NCBI GenBank assembly: GCA_003670425.1
Contig: QWRL01000004.1
Coordinates: forward strand, 1 to 37,853
Direction of reading: 5' to 3'
DNA from: Chloroflexota bacterium
GTDB lineage: Bacteria > Chloroflexota > Anaerolineae > Anaerolineales > UBA11657
Length of the DNA stretch: 37,853 nt
The notes below the pieces were generated by a model. That model searched no databases. It was given only the letters and a program-made list of their open reading frames with translations, and was not told the origin of the DNA. Within the stretch, counting starts at the first letter, position 1; every line of letters begins with the position of its first letter. A program made the position numbers and the translations under genes. Of this stretch, positions 9,005 through 16,308 are shown piece after piece.

Positions 9005-9889
9005 GTGAATTCAATGCTGGCACTGCACAATGCGCGCATCACCATTGCGGGGCTGGGCTTGATGGGGGGCTCGCTGGCACTGGCGCTGCGCGGCAAGTGT
9101 GCGCATGTGACCGGTGTGGATGTGGATGCCGCAGCGCGCAGTGCAGCGCTGGCGGGGCAAGTGGTGCCGGCGGTGGAGAGTGACTTGCGCGCTGGCATTG
9201 TGGATGCAGATGTGCTGGTACTGGCCACGCCGGTGGGAGTGATCCTGCAGCAATTGCAAGAACTCAAGGCGCACACCGCCGCGCCGCACGCAGCGCTGGT
9301 TGTGCTGGATCTGGGGTCCACCAAGACGGAAATTATTGCGGCGATGGAAGCGCTGCCCGCAGCGTGCGACCCGGTGGGCGGGCATCCGATGTGTGGCAAA
9401 GAAGTGGCCGGCTTGGAGCACGCGGATGCGGCGCTCTATCACGGCGCAACTTTTGTGCTTGCGCCGCTGGCGCGCACCAGCCCGGCCGCATTGCAGCTGG
9501 CGCATGCGGTGGTGGCGGCAGTTGGCGCGCACGCGCTGCTGCTGGACGCTGCGCGCCACGACCAGCTGGCGGCGGCAACCAGCCATGTGCCTTACTTGAT
9601 TGCGTGCGCATTGATGTCTGCGGCAAGCGCGGCAGCCGTAGATGATGACGCGCTATGGCAGCTTGCGGCCTCGGGTTTCCGCGACACATCGCGCCTTGCT
9701 GCCACTTCAGTAAAAATGATGCTGGACATTCTGCGCACCAACCGGGCGCCAGTGCGGGCGGCGCTCAAGGCGCAGCGCAGCCAGATTGACCGGCTGGCCG
9801 GGCTGCTGGAAGGCGATGAGGCTGCCTTGGCGCAGTTTTTGCAGAGCGTGCGCAGCGAGCGCATGCTGCGTTTCCCGCCCGCCGGCTAA
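9005..9889 (+). CDS. tyrA: Prephenate/cyclohexadienyl dehydrogenase (TyrA), no C-terminal ACT domain
   Basis: GLGLMGGS, DLGSTK, GGHPMCG, SHVPY and SGFRDTSR motifs. The start may be ATG 9014. Confidence 0.88.
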   Translation: MNSMLALHNARITIAGLGLMGGSLALALRGKCAHVTGVDVDAAARSAALAGQVVPAVESDLRAGIVDADVLVLATPVGVILQQLQELKAHTAAPHAALVVLDLGSTKTEIIAAMEALPAACDPVGGHPMCGKEVAGLEHADAALYHGATFVLAPLARTSPAALQLAHAVVAAVGAHALLLDAARHDQLAAATSHVPYLIACALMSAASAAAVDDDALWQLAASGFRDTSRLAATSVKMMLDILRTNRAPVRAALKAQRSQIDRLAGLLEGDEAALAQFLQSVRSERMLRFPPAG

Positions 9890-9933
9890 CCCTGAATCTT
9901 GTGGCAAGAACATTTGCTGCACTCAAAGCGTAA

Positions 9934-11217
9934 ATGAAAATTCACGGACGCGCTGCCAATCTGTGCGGCCCGGTTGCGCTGGCCGGTGATAAATCCATGT
10001 CGCACCGCGCTTTGCTGCACGCAGCCCTCAGCCCCGCCCGCAGCACGCTGCGCAATGTGCTGCGGGCCGGTGTCACCGAAGCCATGATTGGCTGCTTGCA
10101 GCGCCTTGGCGTGCACATTGAGCAAGCCGGCGCCGAACTGCATGTGCAGGGCGGGGCGTGGCGGCCGGTGCCGGACGCGCTGCATTGCGGCAACTCCGGA
10201 ACGACGCTGCGCTTGCTGCTTGGCGCGATTGCCAGCCAGCCGCTGCGCGCCACACTCGACGGCACCGCCGGCTTGCAGCGCCGCCCCATGCAGCGCCTCG
10301 CCGATCCATTGCGCCTGATGGGCGCACAAATTGACAACAACTTTGCGCCGCTGACGGTGAGCGGCGGCGGGCTGCACGGCATCGAATACGCAATTCCGGT
10401 TGCTTCCGCACAAGTAAAAGCCGCGCTGTTGCTTGCTGCCTTGCACGCCAGCGGCCCCACTACCTTGCACGAGCCCGGCCCCTCGCGGGATCACTCGGAG
10501 CGCATGCTGCGCGCACTTGGTGTGGATGTGCGCTCGGATGAAAATGTTGTCACGCTGCATCCGCTTTCTGCGGCGCTGCCCGCCGCGCACCTCACGCTGC
10601 CGGGCGACATGTCGGCAGCTGCCTTCATGCTGGCGATTGCCGTGCTCGTGCCCGGCTCTGTCATTCAGCTGCAGGGCGTGGGCGTCAACCCCACGCGCAC
10701 CGGCTTCCTTGAAGCGCTGCAAGAAATGGGCGCAGACATTCGCATCACAAACCAGCGCGATGAAGGCGGCGAGCCAGTGGCGGACTTGGAGGCGCGCCAC
10801 AGTGCATTGCGTGCCATTGAGATTGGCGGCGCGCGCGTTGTGCGCATGATTGATGAGTTCCCGATCTTTGCGGTGCTGGCTGCGCAAGCGGCCGGGCGCA
10901 CCGTAGTGCGGGATGCCGCCGAGCTGCGCCTGAAAGAATCCGACCGCATTACAGTGCTGGCGGGTGAGCTGCGCAAGCTGGGTGTGGTGCTCACCGAGCA
11001 TGCCGACGGTTTTGAGTTGCATGGACCGCAGGCCATTCGGCCGGCGCTGGTCGCCAGCCATGGGGACCACCGCCTTGCCATGTCGCTGGCGATTGCGGGT
11101 TTGCTGGCGCCTGGCACAACGACGGTTGCTGGTGCCGATGCCGTTGACGAATCGTTTCCGGGTTTTGGCGCAGTGCTGCAGCAGCTGGGCGCAGCAGTCG
11201 AAGTTGACGGCACCTGA
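9934..11217 (+). CDS. aroA: EPSP synthase
   Basis: GDKSMSHR, GNSGTT, SAQVK, RDHSERML, IDEFP, LRLKESDR and GDHRLAM motifs. Confidence 0.95.
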   Translation: MKIHGRAANLCGPVALAGDKSMSHRALLHAALSPARSTLRNVLRAGVTEAMIGCLQRLGVHIEQAGAELHVQGGAWRPVPDALHCGNSGTTLRLLLGAIASQPLRATLDGTAGLQRRPMQRLADPLRLMGAQIDNNFAPLTVSGGGLHGIEYAIPVASAQVKAALLLAALHASGPTTLHEPGPSRDHSERMLRALGVDVRSDENVVTLHPLSAALPAAHLTLPGDMSAAAFMLAIAVLVPGSVIQLQGVGVNPTRTGFLEALQEMGADIRITNQRDEGGEPVADLEARHSALRAIEIGGARVVRMIDEFPIFAVLAAQAAGRTVVRDAAELRLKESDRITVLAGELRKLGVVLTEHADGFELHGPQAIRPALVASHGDHRLAMSLAIAGLLAPGTTTVAGADAVDESFPGFGAVLQQLGAAVEVDGT

Positions 11218-11230
11218 TAATTTCTGAGCC

Positions 11231-12106
11231 ATGTCTGCCACCTCGCAAGCACAAGCCGGTGCGGCGCCCACGATTGTGATCCTTGGGCATCCGGTGCATC
11301 ACAGTGTCTCGCCGGCGATGCAGGGCGCAGCTTTTGCAGCGTTGGGCTTGCCGCACCGCGTGGTGGCGGTGGATGTGCCACCAGCTGAATTGCCGGCGGC
11401 GATTGCGCGCTTTCGCAGCGGCGAGTGGGCTGGCGGCAATGTCACCATTCCGCACAAGCGCGCGGTGCTGGCGTTGCTCGATGAAGTGACGGACACCGCA
11501 GCGCTGCTGGGCGCCGCAAACACCATCATCAACCGCGGCGGGCGCCTGGTGGGTGACAACACCGATGCGGCCGGCTTCACCGCGGATTTGGACCTCCATG
11601 CGGTTGACCCGCGCGGCGCGCCAGTGCTGGTGTTTGGCACTGGTGGCTCGGCGCGCGCGGTGGCGTATGCATTGCTGCAGCGCGGCGCAGCGGAGGTGCG
11701 CCTGCTGGGCCGCAACATTGCACAGGGCGCGCAGCTGGCACGCGAGCTGCATGCCGTCACCGGCGGGCGGCTGATAAATTTTGCATGGACGCCAACTGAT
11801 CTGGGCGATGCATCGCATGGCTGTGTGCTCGCCGTCAACTGCACCCCGCTGGGCCAGACGCCGGATATTTACACCACACCGTGGTTTCAGGTTGTGCCGT
11901 TTGGCGGCAAGCCCTTCATCTACGACCTTGTATATAATCCAGCGCAGACGCTCTTGCTGCGGCAGGCGCTCTCGCACGGCTTGCAATGTGCCACCGGGTT
12001 GGGCATGCTTGTGCAGCAAGGCGCGCTTGCATTCCAGCGTTGGACGGGCAGCGCAGCGCCCGTGGCAATCATGCGCGCCGCAGCGGAAGCCAAACTTTAT
12101 GCTTAG
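11231..12106 (+). CDS. aroE: Shikimate dehydrogenase
   Basis: HSVSP, NVTIPHK, AANT, NTDAAG, GTGGSARA, DLVYNP and GLGMLVQQG motifs. Confidence 0.93.
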   Translation: MSATSQAQAGAAPTIVILGHPVHHSVSPAMQGAAFAALGLPHRVVAVDVPPAELPAAIARFRSGEWAGGNVTIPHKRAVLALLDEVTDTAALLGAANTIINRGGRLVGDNTDAAGFTADLDLHAVDPRGAPVLVFGTGGSARAVAYALLQRGAAEVRLLGRNIAQGAQLARELHAVTGGRLINFAWTPTDLGDASHGCVLAVNCTPLGQTPDIYTTPWFQVVPFGGKPFIYDLVYNPAQTLLLRQALSHGLQCATGLGMLVQQGALAFQRWTGSAAPVAIMRAAAEAKLYA

Positions 12107-13271
12107 ATTTATCACCGCCGGAGAGTCGCACGGGCCAAGCGTGCAGGTCATCATCGAGGGCCTGCCGGCTGGCTTGCCGCTCACAGCTGCAGACATCAAC
12201 CCGGACCTGGCACGCCGCCAGCTGGGCTATGGCACTGGTGCGCGCATGAAGATCGAGCATGATGTTGTGCAAATCCTCGCGGGCGTGATGAACGGCAGTA
12301 CAACCGGTGCACCGATTGCACTCACGGTTGAAAATGTGGACCACGCCAAATGGAAAGATGTGGCCGTCCCGCCGTTGACCACGCCGCGTCCCGGCCACGC
12401 AGACTTGGCCGCCGCCATCAAGTACGGCTATGACGACATGCGCTACAGCCTGGAGCGTGCCTCCGCGCGCGAGACGGCAGCGCGCGTTGCCGCTGCGGCA
12501 GTCTGCCGCAAATTTTTGAAGCAGTTTGGAATTGAGATTGGCAGCTACGTACTTGAGATTGGTGCGGTGGCAGCGAATGTTGCGCACATGCCGGTGGCCG
12601 AACGCTGCCGGCTGGCAGAGGCGTCTGATGTGCGCTGCCCGGATGCAGGCGCTGCCGAACTGATGCGCGTGCACATCCGCGACATGATGCTGGCCAAGGA
12701 CACGCTGGGCGGAATCTTTGAAGTGGCAGCCGTAGGCGTGCCGCCCGGCCTTGGCTCGCATGTGCAATGGGATCGCAAGCTGGATGGCCGGCTGGCGCAA
12801 GCCATGCTCAGCATCCATGCCGTCAAAGGCGCAGAGGTTGGACCCGCATTTGACAACGCGCGCCTGCCTGGCACGCAAGTGCATGATGAGTTGTTCCGCG
12901 AAGGCGAGCGCATTGTGCGGCGCACCAACCGCGCCGGTGGCACAGAAGGCGGCATCACCACCGGTGAGGCCTTGCTGGTGCGCGCAGCAATGAAGCCCAT
13001 CAGCACCACCCTCAACCCGCTCATGACCGTGGACCTGGCAACGGGCGTCAGTGGCCCAACAACCTACGAGCGCTCGGATTTTTGCGCGGTGCCGCGCGCA
13101 GCCGTGATTGGTGAAGCGATGGTGGCGCTGGTACTGGCCGAAGCACTGCTCGAAAAGTTGGGTGGCGACTCGCTGGCAGAAATGCGCCCGCGCTTTGCTG
13201 CGTTGCGCACCTCGGCCCTGCCGGACCTGGTGATGGCCAACACGCCCATCAAATTCTGGCCGGCAGAATGA
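12099..13271 (+). CDS. aroC: Chorismate synthase
   Basis: MLRFITAGESHG, RPGHAD, ERASARETA, NRAGGTEGG, KPIST and ERSD motifs. Confidence 0.95.
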   Translation: MLRFITAGESHGPSVQVIIEGLPAGLPLTAADINPDLARRQLGYGTGARMKIEHDVVQILAGVMNGSTTGAPIALTVENVDHAKWKDVAVPPLTTPRPGHADLAAAIKYGYDDMRYSLERASARETAARVAAAAVCRKFLKQFGIEIGSYVLEIGAVAANVAHMPVAERCRLAEASDVRCPDAGAAELMRVHIRDMMLAKDTLGGIFEVAAVGVPPGLGSHVQWDRKLDGRLAQAMLSIHAVKGAEVGPAFDNARLPGTQVHDELFREGERIVRRTNRAGGTEGGITTGEALLVRAAMKPISTTLNPLMTVDLATGVSGPTTYERSDFCAVPRAAVIGEAMVALVLAEALLEKLGGDSLAEMRPRFAALRTSALPDLVMANTPIKFWPAE

Positions 13272-13277
13272 GGCACA

Positions 13278-13286
13278 TGCTACAAT
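13278..13286 (+). promoter_or_regulatory. Putative extended -10 promoter for the tRNA
   Basis: TG-C-TACAAT ending 11 nt upstream of the tRNA 5' end. Confidence 0.5.
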
Positions 13287-13297
13287 GCGAAGCACTG

Positions 13298-13369
13298 TGG
13301 GCCATGGTGCAATTGGCAGCACAGCGGACTTTGGATCCGTCGATCCTGGTTCGAGTCCAGGTGGCCCAG
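13298..13369 (+). tRNA. tRNA-Gln(TTG), CCA not encoded
   Basis: Acceptor stem TGGGCCA/TGGCCCA, D stem GTGC/GCAC, anticodon arm GCGGA-CT-TTG-GA-TCCGT, T arm CCTGG-TTCGAGT-CCAGG, discriminator G. Confidence 0.96.
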
Positions 13370-13381
13370 CAACTATGATCG

Positions 13382-13427
13382 AGGGCGGGGTGCACGCGGC
13401 CATTGGCCCGCTGCCACCGCCCTTTTT
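13382..13427 (+). terminator. Probable terminator after the tRNA
   Basis: AGGGCGG...CCGCCCT closes a long imperfect GC hairpin that ends in a T-run. Confidence 0.6.
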
Positions 13428-13440
13428 CATTTCCCCACTT

Positions 13441-13446
13441 TATAAT
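13441..13446 (+). promoter_or_regulatory. Putative -10 box for glmU-cdd
   Basis: Consensus TATAAT 14 nt upstream of the glmU ATG in a GC-rich background. Confidence 0.5.
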
Positions 13447-13460
13447 TTGGCTTGCAAAGC

Positions 13461-14834
13461 ATGAAACTAGCAGCCGTAATTCTTGCCGCCGGGCAGGGCA
13501 CGCGCATGAAGTCTGCGCTGCCCAAGGTGCTGCAGCAGCTGGCGGGCCGGCCACTGGTGCAGTACGCAGTGGAAGCGGCCCACGCAATTGGGGTTGCCGC
13601 GCCCACGCTGGTGGTGGGGCATGGCATGGATGCGGTGCAGGCGGCGGTGGGCAGCCATGCGCGCTTTGTGGTGCAGGCGCAGCAACTGGGTACCGGCCAT
13701 GCCGCCCTGCAGGCGGCTGCGCTGCTACGTGACAGTGCGGAACTTGTGCTGATCTGGTATGCAGACATGCCGCTGCTGCGCCCGGAGACGCTGCACGCCG
13801 TGGTGGAAGCGCAGCAGGCCAACCGCGGCCCGCTCACAATCCTCACTGCCAGCGCGGATGATGCGCGCGGCTTTGGCCGCGTGCTGCGCGACCCCAAGCG
13901 CCGCGTGCGCGCAGTAGTGGAGGAAGCGCATGCCACGCGCCGCCAGCTGGCCATGCGCGAGCTGAACGCCGGTGTGTATTGCGCACGCGCAGACTGGTTG
14001 TGGAAGGAGCTGGCGCGCCTGCCGGCTTCGCCCAAAGGCGAGTACTACCTGACGGACCTGGTGGGTGTGGCCGTGGCGCAACGGCGCAACGTGGCCAGTG
14101 TGCAGCTGAGTGCAACCGACGAACTAATTGGCATCAATACGCGGGTGCATCAGGCTGAGGCGGAGGCTGCCCTGCGCTTGCGCATCAACCAGCAGTGGAT
14201 GGCGGCGGGTGTGCACCTGCTGGATCCGGCGAGTACTTATATTGAGCCGGGCGTGCACCTCGAGCCGGATTGCGTCATTCTTCCCAACACGCACCTGTGT
14301 GGCAATACCAGCGTGGGTGCGCACAGCGCCATCGGCCCCAACAGCATTGTGCGTGACAGCACCGTCGGGGCGCACTGCCGCATTGAATATTCTGTGATTG
14401 AGTCGGCGGTGGTGGAAGACGACGTGAACATCGGCCCGTTTGCGCATCTGCGCCCGGGCGCGCACCTGGCGCGCGGCGTGCACATGGGAAATTTTGGCGA
14501 GGTCAAGAATTCCTACCTTGGCCCGGAAGTAAAGATGGGCCACTTCAGCTACATCGGCGATGCGCAGATTGGCGCACGCACCAACATTGGCGCCGGCACA
14601 ATCACATGCAACTTTGGCATGGACCAGAAGAAGCACCGCACCGTGGTGGGCGACGATGCCTACATTGGCAGCGACACGATGCTGGTGGCACCGATAACGG
14701 TGGGAGCGCGCGGCCGCACCGGCGCGGGTTCCGTGGTGACGCATGATGTGCCGGCGGACGCGCTGGCGGTAGGAGTACCGGCGCGCGTGATTAAGCGCAC
14801 GCTGCCGGATGCAAAGCCCGCGGGAGACAGTTAA
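13461..14834 (+). CDS. glmU: Bifunctional UDP-GlcNAc pyrophosphorylase / GlcN-1-P acetyltransferase
   Basis: LAAGQGTRMKSALPKVL, QQLGTGHA, GEYYLTD, hexapeptide repeats, GNFGEVKNS and HFSYIGDA. Confidence 0.96.
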   Translation: MKLAAVILAAGQGTRMKSALPKVLQQLAGRPLVQYAVEAAHAIGVAAPTLVVGHGMDAVQAAVGSHARFVVQAQQLGTGHAALQAAALLRDSAELVLIWYADMPLLRPETLHAVVEAQQANRGPLTILTASADDARGFGRVLRDPKRRVRAVVEEAHATRRQLAMRELNAGVYCARADWLWKELARLPASPKGEYYLTDLVGVAVAQRRNVASVQLSATDELIGINTRVHQAEAEAALRLRINQQWMAAGVHLLDPASTYIEPGVHLEPDCVILPNTHLCGNTSVGAHSAIGPNSIVRDSTVGAHCRIEYSVIESAVVEDDVNIGPFAHLRPGAHLARGVHMGNFGEVKNSYLGPEVKMGHFSYIGDAQIGARTNIGAGTITCNFGMDQKKHRTVVGDDAYIGSDTMLVAPITVGARGRTGAGSVVTHDVPADALAVGVPARVIKRTLPDAKPAGDS

Positions 14835-14882
14835 TATGACTTTCATTATTGATGGCCGGGAATTTTCTTGGGGGGTGGGCGC

Positions 14883-15299
14883 GTGACCGCGGCTGTTGTG
14901 CCAACGGCCGACCAGCAAGCAGAGCTGGTGCAGCGCGCCGTGGCGGCGATGGATTGGGCTTACGCGCCATACTCAAAATTTCCAGTGGGCGCAGCCTTGC
15001 TGTGCGCATCCGGCCGCATTTATGACGGCGTGAATGTTGAGAACGCTGCCTATTCGCCCGGCGTGTGCGCAGAGCGCACCGCAGCCTTCAAAGCTGTGTC
15101 GGAAGGCGAGCGCGAGTTTGTGGCCGTGGCTGTGGCCACGCGCGGTGCGGGTGCACCGTGCGGCGTTTGCCGCCAGGTACTGGCGGAGTTTGGCTACGGC
15201 ATGACTGTCATTCTTGCGGATGCCGACAGCAGCGTGCGCCTCGTCACCACGCTGGCAGCGTTGCTGCCGGAAGCGTTTCTCCCGCAGCATCTGGTTTAG
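14883..15299 (+). CDS. cdd: Cytidine deaminase (homotetrameric type)
   Basis: AYAPYSKFPVGAA, NVENAAY, CAERTA and PCGVCRQ motifs; GTG start approximate. Confidence 0.93.
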   Translation: MTAAVVPTADQQAELVQRAVAAMDWAYAPYSKFPVGAALLCASGRIYDGVNVENAAYSPGVCAERTAAFKAVSEGEREFVAVAVATRGAGAPCGVCRQVLAEFGYGMTVILADADSSVRLVTTLAALLPEAFLPQHLV

Positions 15300-15443
15300 C
15301 TTAACAGCAGCACTGCTAGCGCCGCCAGCCCGCGCTCTGCACGGCAGCGCGCAAATAATAAAACATTTTTCGGGCTGCGGGCGGGCGGTAATTATTTGCA
15401 TGCGCTGCATGCGCGCAAACAGTGCTGTTCAATTTGTTCGCGT

Positions 15444-15452
15444 TGGTATAAT
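15444..15452 (+). promoter_or_regulatory. Extended -10 promoter, probably giving a leaderless recO mRNA
   Basis: TG-G-TATAAT, then 6 nt, then ATG 15459; no SD sequence. Confidence 0.7.
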
Positions 15453-15458
15453 GCGCGC

Positions 15459-16226
15459 ATGCTGCGCACGCGCACCGTAAGAACCGAAGCGATTGTGCTG
15501 CGCCAGCAGGAGTTTGGCGAGGCGGACCGCATGCTGACGCTCTTCACGCCAATGCTGGGGAAGCTGCGCGTGCTGGCCAAGGGTGTGCGGCGCGCCACCA
15601 GCCGCAAGGCTGGCCACGTTGAGTTGTTTGTGCGCTCGGAAATGCTGCTCTCGCGGGGGCGCGATATGCATCTGGTGACGCAAGCGGACACGCTTGCGGC
15701 ACACCGCCCGGTGCGCGAGGACCTGGTGCGCAGCACTTATGCCACTTACTTTGCTGAATTGCTGGACCGCTTTACGCCCGAGGAAGAATCCGGCCCGGCG
15801 CTTTACGAATTATTTTCAGATGCGCTCGGCTGGCTTTCGGAAACTGCGCAGCCCGATTTAACTGCGCGTTTTTTTGAGGCACAGCTGCTGCGCCTTGCGG
15901 GGTACCAGCCGGAGCTGCGCCGCTGCGTTGTGCGCGGCTGCGCGATTACTGCACGGGCGCAGTACTTTGACCCGCTGGCGGGCGGCGTGGCGTGCCCGCC
16001 GTGCGGCACCGGGCGCGCCGGCGCACTTGCCATCAGCCTGGGCGCACTCAAGGTGCTGCGCTTGATGGAAAGCTGCCCGCACTCGCGGTTGCTGCAATTG
16101 CGCGTAAGCCCCGGCGTGGCGCGGGAGCTGGAGTTGTTGTTGTTGCGCTATGTCACGGTCGTTCTGGAGCGCAGCTTAAAGTCGGTGGACTTTCTAAATC
16201 TCGTGCGGCGCACTGCAGGTGCCTAG
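15459..16226 (+). CDS. recO: DNA repair protein RecO
   Basis: EAIVLR..FGEADRMLTLFT..GK...AKGVR OB-fold; GYQPEL..C and CPPC zinc-finger region. Confidence 0.92.
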   Translation: MLRTRTVRTEAIVLRQQEFGEADRMLTLFTPMLGKLRVLAKGVRRATSRKAGHVELFVRSEMLLSRGRDMHLVTQADTLAAHRPVREDLVRSTYATYFAELLDRFTPEEESGPALYELFSDALGWLSETAQPDLTARFFEAQLLRLAGYQPELRRCVVRGCAITARAQYFDPLAGGVACPPCGTGRAGALAISLGALKVLRLMESCPHSRLLQLRVSPGVARELELLLLRYVTVVLERSLKSVDFLNLVRRTAGA

Positions 16227-16308
16227 CCCGCGGGCAGCCAGCCGCGCACGCTGCAGCAGTTTGCAACGCGCCCAATCCGTTGCTGTGCGAACCCGCTAAA
16301 ACTCAAGC

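Noticed and set aside
13298-13440. tRNA-Gln as an integration site
   Set aside because: No integrase, no duplicated tRNA 3' end and no foreign-looking DNA beside it.
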